Positions 1 through 15,300 of a stretch of 64,000 bases of DNA are shown here, piece after piece (the stretch's first letter is position 1; every line of letters begins with the position of its first letter). The position numbers were made by a program, and so were the translations under genes. The stretch comes from the human T2T-CHM13v2.0 reference genome, Homo sapiens. The stretch lies in NCBI RefSeq assembly GCF_009914755.1, contig NC_060944.1, one strand, 5' to 3'. The notes below the pieces were generated by a model that saw nothing but the letters and a program-made list of their open reading frames with translations, was not told the DNA's origin and searched no databases.

Positions 1-287
1 GCATGTGGTGTAGCCATTGAATTAACAGAGTTCATTCAAGTGTGGACAAATGAACAGTCAGATGAAATATACAGCACATGTTAAAATGAATTCTTTTTTC
101 TGTTGAGCAGTCTAGGGAGAAGAAATTTTTTTAAAAAATCAAGTTAATAATTTTGAAGTCCCTTCTCGATTGATAAAATTGCACTTCTTTAAACCTGTGC
201 AATTTCATGCCACTGAATTCCCTATTCCTGAAAATTTTCAGAAATTATTTTTGTCATTACTTGTTTTGGTTGTTTTTGAGAGGGTGC

Positions 288-788
288 TGTATTAGTGAGG
301 GTTCTCCAGAGAAACAGAGCCAATGGGATATATAGAGATATATAGGTAGGAAGAGATTTATTATGAAGGATTGGCTTACACAATTATGAAGGCTGAGAAA
401 TCTTATATCGTCTGTCTATAAGCTAGAGGCCTAGGAAAACGAGTAGGGCAGTTCCAGTTCAAACCTGAAGGGCCAGAGAACCAGGGGAGCCAATGGTGTG
501 TAAGTGTCAGTTGAGTCCAAAGGCCCCAGAACCAGGGGCATCAGTATCCAAGTTGAATGTCCCAGATCAAGACAGAGTGAATTCATTCTTCCTCCACCAT
601 TTTGTTCAGTTCAAGCCCTCCGTGGATTGGATGGTGCCCTCCTGTATTCGGCAGATCTTCTTTATTCATTCCATCAATTCAAACACAAATCTCTTCCAGA
701 AACAGCCTCACAGACACACCCGGAAGTAATATTTCATCAGCCATCAGCCTTAGCCCAGTCAAGTTGACATATAAAATTAATCATGACA
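288..788 (-). mobile_element. MLT2B-like ERVL solo LTR
   Basis: tgtattagtgagggttctccagagaaacaga...caagttgacatataaaattaatcatgaca; TG..CA ends; near-perfect 5-bp TSD ggtgc/ggtgt. Confidence 0.8.
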
Positions 789-875
789 GGTGTTTTTTAG
801 CACAGACAGTAGTAAATCACTACTACTTTGAGCACTCACTAGGTGCTGGACCTTGCACTTGACAAATGGTATAAA

Positions 876-1509
876 TGATCAGGAAAGTATCCTGATCTAG
901 ACCCTAAGAGAGAGGATTCTTGGATCTCGCCCAAGAAAGAATTAGAGGTGAGTGCACAGAGTAAAGTGAAAGCAAGTTTATTAAGAAAGTAAAGAAACAG
1001 AAGAATCGCTATTCCATAAACAGAGCAGCCCTGACAGATGCTGGTTAGCTATTTTTATGGTTATTTCTTGATCATATGCTAAACAAGTGGTGGATTATTC
1101 ATGAGTTTTCCAGGAAAGGGGAAGTAATTCCTGGAACTGAGGGTTCCTCCCCTTTTTAGACTATATAGGGTAACTTCCGGACATTGCCGTGGCATTTGTA
1201 AACTGTCAAGGCAGTGGTAAGAATGTCTTTTAGCATGCTAATGCATTCATATGAACATATAATGAGCAGTGAAGACAACCAGAGGTCACTTTCTTCTAGC
1301 CATCCTAGTTTTGGCAGCTTTTGGCCGGCTTCCTTAGTGCATCCTGTTTTATCAGTGGGGTCTTTGTAACCTGTGTCTTGTGCTGACCTCCTCTCTCATC
1401 CTGTAACTAAGAATGCCTAACCTCCTGGGAATGTAGCCTAGTAGGTCTCAGCCTCGTTTTACCCAGCCCTGTTCAAGATGGAGTGGTTCTGGCTCCAGTG
1501 CCTCTGATT
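876..1509 (-). mobile_element. MER41B-like ERV1 solo LTR inserted into a MIR
   Basis: Reverse strand reads cagaggc...actccatcttgaacagggctgggtaaaacgaggctgagacctact..., matching the MER41 5' end; retains tandem GAS motifs; MIR sequence on both sides. Confidence 0.85.
1108..1136. promoter_or_regulatory. Tandem GAS (STAT) motifs TTCCAGGAA and TTCCTGGAA within MER41B
   Basis: Two TTCNNNGAA matches at 1108-1116 and 1128-1136; activity not demonstrable from sequence. Confidence 0.5.
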
Positions 1510-1674
1510 TAAGCATTATTTCACTTAAGCCTCGAAACAACCCTGTTTTAAGTAGGTCTTTTTAGCTTCCTTTTGCAGTTTACAAAACTGAGGATTAAAA
1601 TGGTTAAGCATGTTGCTTGAGGTTTCACAGGCTGGTTACAGACTTAGCAGAAAAATGGCCTGCCAGCTAGCCTA

Positions 1675-1856
1675 CAGTGGATCTCCAAGTATGGTTTCAG
1701 ACAGCATCAGCAACATTTGTGAGCTTGCTAGAAATGCAGATTATTAGGCCCCACCCCAGACCTACAGAATCAGAAACTCTGGGGGGAGGGTCCAGCAATC
1801 TGTGTTTTAAGAGCCCTCTCAGTGATTCTGATGATGCAGCTCAAGTTTGAGAACCT
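1675..1856. mobile_element. MER5A (hAT-Charlie)
   Basis: cagcatcagc...ttgctagaaatgcagatt...cccaccccagacctacagaatcagaaactctgggg...caagtttgagaacc. Confidence 0.8.
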
Positions 1857-2441
1857 AGGCCTAGGGAAAGGTAAGGAATTGTAGACTTACTAGAAGGAAA
1901 CAAAATTAGATCCATTTAAAGTTCTTTACAGCTAATCTTCCTCAAACAGGCAACACAGAGAAAAGGGTGAAGACTGTTGAATAAAAGAGACTTCTTTATC
2001 TAGGCTGAACATATTAGATTTATTGAACCCTTGACACAGTGCAAAGTACTTGACATCAGTCATCTCTTTAAACCCTCAGGTGGTGGTGAGGGCTAAATGA
2101 GATTTTCCACAGTTTACAGATGAGGAAAGAGAAGCTTAGGTCACTTAAGAATTGCTTGTTAATCAACATGTAGTACGTGATGGAGCTAGCGTCCAGAACT
2201 AATGTATTGCTAAAGAGAACATACACAGGTCACACAGCTTTATGACCCAGAATGGCTGTCAGCAGAGAAACATGTTTTTGAAGATATATATGATGTATAA
2301 AATACATAATTAAAAAGTCTTTCTAAAGTTCATTAATAGGCTGGAACCAAAGACCTGTTTAACTTTTTACTCACCGTTTGCATTACTTATTCTAGACCAT
2401 AAGTATTATACTACTAAGTCTAGGTGTCTTTAGTCTAGTTC

Positions 2442-3178
<737 letters not shown>

Positions 3179-3709
3179 TGAGGGGGGAGAAAAACTAGGT
3201 AAAACATACTATATGGAAAGATTATAATATTTTCTTTCAATTGATGGACATAGACATAAAATATTGTCAGCGAGAAAGCCTATCTTTTTAATATTTATTT
3301 TGATAAACTAACAAGGAGCATATAATTTATAAAATACTTTCTCTTAAAGCCATAAATAGTAAGCACTTGCTCCGAAATGCTGCTTTGTCAAGAACGTTAA
3401 TTGAAGCAGATGAGCAGAGTCAGTATAGCTTCCCAGGTCCAGCCTGCATTCCCTTTCTACTGCAGAGTTACGCTGAGGACAGCATGCTGGCACCTCCACG
3501 GCTCTTCTGCTGTCAACTTTTCTTCTCCCAAGTACCTGAAAGGGCAGGTGATCCTCTTAACTTTGTAGACATGTGAAAAGGAGACTAGTTTTTGAATGCT
3601 CACCAAAAGCCAAGTTGCCAGGATATTGTTTGCAAATACAGAAAGGGTTTTTGTACTAAGTGGTATTTAAGGCAAAATCTTTGCCAAAGAACTCTATCCA
3701 AAAGCTTGA

Positions 3710-4350
3710 AATACACATAGTTGGTTAAGGGAATGCATTTGGAGTTAAACAGAAATAGGTTCAGTTTTGGCTTTGCTACTCAAGAGATGTGACCATGAGT
3801 CAGTCTTAACACCCACCAAGCACTAAGCCAGAGCTTCCTTGTTTGAAAAATGGGAGTGATAATACCTACCTCGCATTGCCATCATAAGGAATAAGTAAGA
3901 TGGATTTTTTAAAAATGGAAGTCAGATTATGCCCTTCTTTTGGTTTAAACCTTTAATGGGTTTCTACCTCATTCCAAGTAATTTCCAAAGTTCTTTCTGT
4001 GTCCTGCAAGTCCCCTACATGACCTACCATTTCGCTGTCCCATTGATATTCCCTGAGCATTCTAGGCACACTCTGACCTCAGGGCCTTTACACTTGCTGT
4101 TCTCCCTCTGGACTACTCTCCTCTGTACAGTCCTCATGGTTCACTTCCTCACTTCATTCTGTTTCTGCTAAAATATCACATTCTCCAAGAGGCCTTCTTA
4201 CTCACCTACACACACAGGCTCCTGACCCTTCTGGATGTTTTATTTGTTACATTTATCACTACCTGATAACTTACTCTTTTTTGTTCATTGCTGAAGTCCT
4301 TCTAGAAGATAAGCCCTGAGAGTAGACTTTGTTTCCTGCTGTATCCCCAC
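3710..4350 (+). mobile_element. MIR followed by L2 fragments
   Basis: MIR core (aaaatgggagtgataatacctacctc) then L2 3' motifs (ctcagggcctttacacttgctgttc, gctgtatcccc). Confidence 0.65.
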
Positions 4351-4546
4351 CAGGGAATTAATTCATCACTCAACATATTTCATAAGTACCTACTATGATC
4401 CAGCAATTCCTTAGTTACTTATCTGAGACTGAAATTCATTGATATTTCCATGGTTCCTAATTTTTAAGGAATTTTAAAGCCCCAAAGAACTGGAACTGAA
4501 AATGTCACTTTGGAATGTGGAGAAAGGTTAAGCCAGAGACACTATC

Positions 4547-5480
<934 letters not shown>

Positions 5481-6737
5481 AGCCCTTCCCTCAGGGTAAG
5501 AGGTCCTCAGGATAAGCCTCCAGGACTCTGCTGCCATTTCCTGAGGCCGACTCTGAGCTCACTGCAGAATTCTCTAGGTGGTAGCAGTGGTTCTTGTGTG
5601 ATGTTCCAGTAATTGCTGCACTTATTTTAGACACAATAAAAAGTGACAGAGCCAGCATTGACCCTAAGAGCCAGTGGGGACTATGTATCTTCAAGGCCTA
5701 AATATAAGCTATTTCAGAAGACAAAAGTCCAACTGGAGTGACGTATCATGCAGCTCTTGTGGAAAAAAAAAAGCATTTTCAAAAGCTGCATTATTTAAAT
5801 GAGAAATGCATATATTTAAAGGGAAGTTCCATAAAAGTCATTTGAGATTCCTTTTCTTTCAATGACTGTATTCAGCATTGTCTATTATCTCCATATATCA
5901 ATAGTTTAAAATATTTTTTCATAGACCTGCCTTTTCAGAAACATCTTCTATGTCACTGTATTTTTAATTACTTGCTCAGTGTAATTTATTATGCTGGAAC
6001 TAATTGTGTTTTAATTAGAAATGCTTTGCTAAAGAGAAGAACTTATCAGTTTGCGGCGGTGTTTCCGGTGCAACTACAAAGCACGTCTCCTGTTTTTCTT
6101 AGGATTTTTTTATAAGGGGACAGCCACATAATGTGTTTTTAATATTTGTTGTAAATATTTATTAAGAATCCTGTTTACTTGCCTCCATAACTCTAAGTTG
6201 TTCCTCTTTAATTTTTCCTTATTTTAGTTGCTAAGGCAACTGTTTTGACTACTGTGACAGTTTTCCTGCCCAAGAAAGTTACTTTGAGTGACCACCCACT
6301 CCTCTTGAAAACACATTTTGCTTTCTCCTTCCTTCTGCACTCTGAGAGGTAGTTGTTGAATATTTTAGGAATAATTTCTTCACCTCTTTTCTGGCAAGAG
6401 TCAGGGAACCCTCCCAGAATCTGAGCATCCAGATTTTGCCTCACAATCCTCACAGCAGAGACACTTCAGGGAGGGAAAATTACAAACCTAGACAGATCCG
6501 GAGTGTTCAGCCATTCAAACTGGCCTGCCTCACAAATCAAGTCCCAAAGATTTAACATCTATATCGTCAAGTAAAAGATAAAGTGGGAATCCCTAGCTAT
6601 TAGTGACCATAAAGTCAATCGTTAGAAACAGTTTGGCCTCTCCCAGGTGGCTAATCTGGGCATTTCATTTCTCCCCCAGATTCAATCATAGTTAAGCTGA
6701 TTAAATTCTCAAAGAACCAAGGATATTTCTGAGACCT

Positions 6738-7082
6738 TGTATCTAAGTTCTTTCAGGCTGCTATAACAAAATACCATACACTCGGCAGCTATAAACAACA
6801 CATTTATCCCTCACACTTCTGGAGGCTGCGATGCTTAACATCAAGGTGCTGGTAGATTCGGTGTCTGATAAGAGCCCATTTCCCGATTCCAAGATGACAC
6901 GTTCTTGCTGTGTCTTCACACGGTGGGTGAAAGGGGCAGCCGTCTCTCTGGATTCTTTTATAAGGGCACTAATCCCATTTATCTCCCAAAGGCCCCCACT
7001 TCCTAATTCCATCACATTTGGGATTAGGATTTCAGCATAGGAATTTTTGGTGGGGTAGAGCACAAACATTCAGACCATAGGA
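6738..7082 (-). mobile_element. MLT1A/MST-type MaLR LTR
   Basis: caggctgctataacaaaataccata...ttctggaggctg...catcaaggtgctgg...cacaaacattcagaccatag. Confidence 0.8.
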
Positions 7083-8047
7083 CCTTGGTAAGCACCATCA
7101 GGCCAAATTTTATTTTATTTTTTAAATATATAATATGAGAGATCAGAAAAGATGGTGTACCTTCCTTTGTTTCTTTTCAATAGCCTTCATCCACTCTTCC
7201 AAGCCAGGTCACTTAGAAAGTTGATGATGTTCTTTATTCCTGAGGTAAGAATAAAATGAAAGGGGTGGATTAAATCTTTCTACTTGACACCAGAATAAGC
7301 GTTCTCTGTATCTCACTGTCATTGCTGGAATGAGCACTTTAAATGCTCATGGTTGATTACTGAGGGAGAGACGTTTTCATTTTTGTTCCTATTGGTTTTG
7401 AAATGAAAGATAGACAGCAGGTTTACCACCTTTTGAAGTTGCTGAATAACTCACTTCATTGCCCTCTTGTCATCTGAGAACGTGCTCTGTCGTGTCAGGG
7501 AGGTGCAGGGCAGAGTCTCCCCAACCAGGAATGACCTCTTCTGTTCACTATACCCCAACATGCACTTGAAAATAAAAACTGTGTTGTGATGGCTCGTCTG
7601 TGGCAGCAGCTTCTTGGCCTGATTGTAGACTGAGGCCAGCTTAGGCAGAGTGGGATGGAGGAGTTGGAGCAGGAACAAACAGAAGATGACCTTCTGTGCA
7701 GAAACCACATTTTCAACAAGTCTAAGTCAACCCAGAGTTACGAACTCTGGGTTTCCCTTATGCTTAGCTTTGTATTCTAGCTCACTGGAAATAGACATGC
7801 ACTAATACCATTGCTCTTTTTAAAGATCTGTGTAACAGAAATGGATTCCCTGTCAAAATGTATTTGTATTTCTGCCTCATATTATATATTATCTGCATCC
7901 TCTTGGGTGACTTGCCTCACCTCAGTTAGGAAAAGTTTTCTCATCTGTAAGGTAGGGATGGTGGTGTTTACCTCATTTGTCTTTGATGGTTAATAATAAT
8001 CAGTACTAGCAACATTATAATGATTATTATTACTATGTTTTATATTA

Positions 8048-8390
<343 letters not shown>

Positions 8391-8398
8391 TCAATACT

Positions 8399-8724
<326 letters not shown>

Positions 8725-9483
8725 TTACTTAGTTCAGACTATGTGTCAAGTGCTCTAATGCCCAGAAATAACCTGTGAGATAGGTATTGTGGTTGATGTT
8801 GTTGTCTCTGTTTTTAGAGATGAAGAAATGAATATCTAACCACATTTGGATCAGGTTCATCTAAAACCCTAAAGCCTATGTAAAATACCCAATTGTTTCT
8901 GCTGCTGGTGAGTTGGTTTTTATGCTTACATGTTTCTCTCACCTTCCACAGGAAGCTGTAATGTGAAATATGTACCACCAGATAAAATAACGGAAGAGGG
9001 ATTTAGATTGAAGGGAAAAAAGTAAACAAGGGAGAGTACATCAAATGAGGGGTAAATTTAGCAGGCAGCAACTCAACAAGCAGCGAAAATGATCTGTAAA
9101 GTTGAAAGAGGTGAGCCTCAGATTTGCTTCTGGTGTTCCTGGTGGCTAAAGCAATGTAGAAAACACAAGTTGTTGTAGGGTTCACAGTGTCCATTAGATT
9201 GTAAGGAAAGCAACAGGTCAGTAGGAACAGAGTTTTTCCTGGTCCTAGGATCTGAAAAAAAATTCTTACAGAATTCTTACAAAATACACTCCCCCATAAA
9301 AAACTGTAATAAGTACAGAATGTTTCAGTAGTACAGTTGTTCAGTTATCTATGTGGTAGGATTCACGGGGAATCCATAAGAAATGCAGTAATTAAAACCA
9401 AAACACTTCAGAAACCCATCTGATCCTTTGTGATGATTGCTGGCATCAGTGGCAAGGAGAATAGCAGAGGCTTCTTCAGGTAT

Positions 9484-9531
9484 GACTGCTGAGCAGTTAC
9501 CTGAGCCGACTGCTGAGCAGTTACCTGAGCC
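9484..9531. repeat. Perfect 24-bp tandem duplication
   Basis: gactgctgagcagttacctgagcc x2. Confidence 0.95.
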
Positions 9532-9647
9532 CACTCCTGAACACTGTCAGTCTTTCATGTGTCAGCCTCAAAGCAGGTGTAGCATATTGTTCAAAACATT
9601 TGATCTGCATGCCTCAATGTCCTCACTTGTAAAATAGGTATAAATAG

Positions 9648-10275
9648 TGAAGCAGCGTTGTTTGTCTGGGGTAATACCCGAGGTTCGTTGTCCCACAGCC
9701 ATGGAAAGCTAGGACGTGGACACATCAGAGTGAGGTTAAGAGTGGAAGTTTAATAGACAAAAGAAAGAGAAGAGCTCTCTGCACAGAAAGGGCTCCTGGA
9801 GAAAATGGGTTGCCACTTCCGCAGTGAAATGCAGAAAGTTTAATAAATGAACTTAAGGAGGGGGTATGTGATTTACACAGGGGATGAAAGATCGGTTGGA
9901 GGAGGCATGCCATTTGCAAGTGTGCAAAGAAGCTGGCCACTCCACCCTAATCTTTTATTATGCAGATGGTTATTCTAGCTGGCTGGTGCCATGTTGCCTC
10001 GTCCTTATTGTACACGTGGTGACAAAGAAAAGGGAAGATGGAGCCTCCGTGTTGAACATACCTGGCTTCCAGGTAGCCTTCTCTTGGCGCAGCTGCCAGC
10101 ATTCACCTGTACAAGCTTCCAGCTTGTTTATCTATGTCTGTAGCTCGGTTTTTCAGGCTGCTCTTTGTTAGAAAAGAAATGATTTGGGGGCTACTTTTAT
10201 TAAAAGGGAAGCCTTGCCGAAGACTCCTTGTACTGACACTATCTGCCTAATAATTTCTTTCTAGCTCCTATATCA
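9648..10275 (-). mobile_element. ERV1 solo LTR (LTR9-like) inserted into a MIR
   Basis: TG..CA ends (tgaagcagcg...ctcctatatca); reverse begins tgatataggagctagaaagaaattattaggcagatag; MIR core halves on both sides. Confidence 0.75.
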
Positions 10276-11537
10276 ATAATAAAAATGGTACCTCCCTCAT
10301 AGGAATGTTGGGAGGATAATAAGTTAATGTAGAGAAAGTACTTAGAGCGTTGCCTGGCTCTTAGGAAGCACTGTGTATGTTACCTAGCAATAGTAGGCAT
10401 ATTACTAGGTGCCACAGGCCTTTTGAATTGCTCATCAGGAGACTAGAACGGCATCTCCCTGTTGGATTCCAGCTGAGCATCAGTTACTGGTGGAAGGGGG
10501 AAAGGTCTATATTTAACAACTTAACCCAATAGGAACATCTGTCCAAAGAATCAAAGGCCATCAAAAGGAATGCAGGAGCTACACATGCTGTTATTTTGTC
10601 TGACAGATTTTTTCACAAGGTAATACTTGTAGCACATAGCAAGGGTCTGTGATGGAGCAGCTACAGCCGTGCCCTCTGGCTCCTCATGTGGAATGTGAGC
10701 TGAGAGGCCCAGTGTCCTTTATCTCCTGGGATCTTAAAGCAGATAGGAGAGGCACAAATGGAATGAACATTCTATATCCTTCCAAGCAAGAGACCAAGCT
10801 CATGAGGGTAAAAGCAACTTAATAAGGACCCATGCCCATCTATTACATCAGTCCATAAATCATTCTGATGGCAGGATGTTATCACTGAGGGCTTTAGTTT
10901 AACTTGAAAAAAATAAAAATTTGTGGTTCTGAGAGAGGCGGTGTTTGTGCAGAATCACAAAGGATCTGCTAGGTATGAAGCTTAAAGCATTTCCCTGGAA
11001 TAAGGAGAGGAAATAAATAAGCCATAAAGCATCTCTTGGGCTCTGAGCTTTCAGGATCTGATAGAAAGCTAGACCTCTTGGTTAATTCCAAACCAGACTC
11101 CACCTGCTTTCCCAGTCTGAAGGCCACACCCATCATTCTCCCTGGTTTATGAGGTCTCTTTGGTGGTAGTCACGCATAATGTGATTTAAATTGAATGAGA
11201 TCCTTTATGGCCTCTTCCTCAGACTCCTCTTTGTTTCTCTCCAACCTTGACAAGGTCTTTTTAACTTCCTCTCCATTCTTATCAAACCAGGAAGCAAGGA
11301 GGGTGAGTCTCATATGTACCTAGTGGAGTCTACCTAGGCAGTGTTCGTTTATTGACCGTCCAACAATCTTCTGGCGATAGGCAGAGGGGCCCTGCTTGGT
11401 CAAGTTTGCCCAAGTCAGACAGGCATGGGCTTTGGAATCAGAGAAGCTGGCTTGAATTTCAGGTTTGTTACTATTTGACTGTGGCTTTGAATAATTTAGT
11501 CTCCTCTGAACCTTTTTCCCCCCTTCTCTCTGAAACC

Positions 11538-11728
11538 GCATTGGCCAATATGGTAACCACTAACCACATTGTGGCTGTTTAAATGAAAAATTAATTAAAA
11601 TAAAAAATTCAGCACTTGGTTGCATTACCCACATTTCAAGTGCTCCCTGTGGCTCATGGTGAACGTATTGGGCAGAACCCATCTGGCACATTTCCATCAT
11701 CACGGTAAATCCGTTGGACAATGTTGAT
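11538..11728. mobile_element. MER3-like hAT-Charlie element
   Basis: ccaatatggtaaccactaaccacat...cacatttcaagtgctc...catttccatcatcac...ttggacaatg. Confidence 0.7.
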
Positions 11729-14099
11729 CTAGTCTAAAACCTTGCAGAGTTATCATGAGATTTATGTGAGATAGTATTTGTGAAATACCTCACAACAAGA
11801 GCCCTAAAATTGTAGCTATTTTCTCATAAGTACGACCATTTAGTCAGCATTTACTTTGTCCCAGGTACTTAGACATTCTCAATATTAATTCTTTGAAAGC
11901 CCTGTGAGTCGGTATCAGTTTTCCCAGTTTACAGCTAGGAAAAGTGAAATATGGCAAGGTTAAGCAGAATAACTGCAAGATTCTCCAGCAGTTGCCTGGT
12001 GAGGAGGCTGACATGCAAACCCAGGAACCAACCACTACAAGGCCTGGATCTCAAAACCACTGTGGACTGCCACCTCTTCTGAAGGTTTTCTTTCCCAGAA
12101 AACGCAGTTTTGTGATGGAATGTGAATGCCTACTCCATTTCACATTTCTCTACGTCCTAATGTATCTGTCCAGTGACAAACACAGAAAAGCCCCTGGCCA
12201 ACTCATGTTTAAATAAGGTAGAGTTAAAGCTTTTATGATCTGGTCCAAAATAGCTGTCCCTAGCTGGTAATAAGACTTGACTATGCCCTATTTGAAGATG
12301 CCAACTCCACAGTATAAGATACAGACATTTGCAGTTAACTTAGGAAGTGATGGCGAGAGAGAGGGCAAGAGAGAAAGGGTAAGAAATAACTACAACTCAC
12401 AATTAAAATAAAATCAGCTACCACTTAGCTGTATCCCCATCCAAGGAATTTCTCCACTTCAATCAGAGTATTTGGCCTGCTGAACTCTCTGACATTCCTT
12501 ATGAGGGGATTAAACTTTATTGAACAGAATCACTTTAAAAATTGAAATAAAGGAAAAATGTTTAATGTTAGTTGATTTGAAAGTAACTTGAATCTTTGAA
12601 AAATAGGTTGTGATATTGATTAATGTTGAAACAGCATGTGTGAGGGAAAATATACTAAAAATAACACACAAGTGAAAAACATACTCTATCTTTGATAAGA
12701 GAGGGAAGTGTCTCTGTAAGCCTGTAGTGGCACAAACCCCTCAGAGTGGGGATCTCTGAGCCAGAAATAGCTTCTAGCAATGGTGATCTCCAGCAAAAGT
12801 GATTCTAGACTCTCAAACAGAATGCCCTCTGGCCTCTGCTTAAGTAGTTTCACAAAAGGTGTTCCTGTCCCTTTCTAGCCTTGCTCTCTAGTGGCCTAAG
12901 AGTTGGGCTGGATGAGCTAACGTGTCCTTGAGCTCTAAGGCGTGACTGATGAATTTTAACTAATATGAGAATTAAAATTCTGCCCACCCCCCAAGGAAGT
13001 TCTCTTATGGTTTGTTTCTTTACCAGAAAATTCTGTTACCATTTAACTGCAAAACAAATAGATTCCCAAAGGAGAAACATTCCAGCTTTCTTTTATGATC
13101 TCCCCTGCAGGGCCCAGATCTGGAGGAGGATTTTTCTGACAATGGGACTTCACAATAGCCTGGCCTCAATCTGGTCAGGGAGCCATAGCCCACTTTCAGG
13201 TCAGGAGGGATTCATGTGAAATTTAAAACTGCTGTTAGGGAAAAAAGAATAGACATGATGTGTCTTTACTCACCAGAGGGTAGGGTTATTATGTTTGTTA
13301 GTAGGAGGTGGTGAGAAACCAAATTAGATTGTGTTTTAGTTCCTTTCAGCTGATTACCTCTCATCCCTCAGATTTGCTCTGTGAATTTTCATGGGTGGTT
13401 TGAAGCATTTGGTCCAAGAACCTTTCAGCCACAGTTGATGAGCTGATTGTGGGTTTTGTCGTGAGCCTGGTCTTTAGTGTCAGCTGGGTTTCATTCTAAG
13501 ATCCCCCTGGAGAATTTCTATTCTGATAATTGCTTCTCTTAACAACTGATACGTTTTTATTTTATGAGCTGGATGGGCACCTGGTAAATATTTTTTTTCC
13601 CTTTTTTGCTTTTGTTGCTGGGGAGCCCAGAGCCAAGTTGCTATCCTGCTATAACTGTGTAGGACCTTATGACAGGCATTTCAGAGAGCTGCCTTTTACT
13701 CTGGCCTTAGTTTACTATTCCACTTTATTTTTCTTCTCTTTGCCCAGATTTCTCATCCTATTTTGAAAATGATTTCTTCACAGTGTCAAACAGTGCTCCT
13801 GGTTCAATAGGAATTCCCAGGACGTGCCTCAAAGTCACCCCCAACCTCGAAGATGAGTTTGTATGCATTACAAAAAGGGACTCCTGCCTTTAGGCAGACG
13901 GCCTCAACCAGTGCCCTTGTAATTGCACTTCTATCCTTGGCAGTCTTCCAAGGACTTCCTTGTTGGGTTCTGGGCCTGATGCAGCCCCCTCAATTTGAGC
14001 AACTTCTTGTTTATTTGTTTTACATATTGGCCTGCTGCAAAATCTTTTATTTAAAAAAATTCATTTTTTCATTTATTTTTAAGTTAATTTGTTAGTTTT

Positions 14100-15300
14100 A
14101 TGGTGCTTTTGATGTGCTAGGTGCTAGAACACAAAGGTAAACAAGACTGCTTCAAGGACTCTGCCCTCTTGGAGGTTGTTGCATTCTGGTGTGGGAGTCA
14201 GTCAGTAAATCAAGGATCAGGGAGAGCCTCTCTGAGGAGGGGATAATGAAGACAAGGTCTGTAGAATGAAGAGGAGCCTGATGCACCAAGGGCAGTAGAA
14301 AGAGACTTCTGAGCAAGAGGAACTGCAAGTGCAAAGGCCCTGATGCTAGAGAGAGCTTGAGGGGTTGCAGGAAAAGAGTTTTTATGGTTGTGAACAAGAA
14401 ATAGAAGGAAGAACAGAGAGTGGCATGAGATAAAATTTGAAGGATCCCAGATCGTTCAGGACCTTTTCGGCCAGGTAAGGAGTTGGGATTTTATCCTAAA
14501 TATGATAGGAATCCATTGAATGGTTTTAATAAATTCATTCAAAGTTTAAAGAATCAATCTGGCTCCTATGGGCAGCAGAAAAAGCAGAAGTGAGAAGATC
14601 AATCCATGGGAGAGATAATATTGGTTTGGGCCAAGGTGGGTGGTGATGGAGAGGGAGTAAAGTGGGTGTGTATTCGAAATATTATAGAAGAAGACTTGCT
14701 ACTGAAAGTGAGAGGAAAAGATGAGGGAAAATTAAGGATGACTCTTAGTTTCAATAAGTGACCAGATGCTAGTGACATTTATGGAACTAAGGAAGTACTG
14801 TGATGGAGAAACTTGGAGGGGAGAGAATAAAGAGTTCAGTTATGGACATACTTATTTCAAGACATCCTAGTGGAGATGTCAAATAGCAAATATTTGAACT
14901 CACAGAGGAGAGGATGGGGCTGCTCTTACAAATTTGAGGGTCATCAGGAAATAGATGATATTGTAGACACAAGATTGAATGAAATCTAGGAACACAGTGG
15001 AAATGAGAATTCCCAGAACCAAGTCCTGAGGACTATGTAAAAGTTGAGTACAGAAGGAAAAGGCGGGAAATTAGACTAAGGTAATGGAGCACAACCAGGA
15101 TTGGAGAGTGTTTCAAGAAGGAAGGAATAATCAAACTCTCAGAGATCAACTCAGGTGAGGAAAGGAAGGTGTGCACTCCTATTTTGCAGCATGCTGGACT
15201 GGCCAGAGAAGTTTTAGAGGGTGATAGAAATGGAAGCCAGATAGAGTTGCTCAGATGGTATGAAGAGAGGTAATGGAAACAGTGAATATTTCTAAGATAT
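14100..15300 (-). mobile_element. L2 (degraded)
   Basis: Purine-rich L2 motifs (gtgcaaaggccctga, gagttcagttatggacat, gacatcctagtggagatgtc). Confidence 0.75.
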
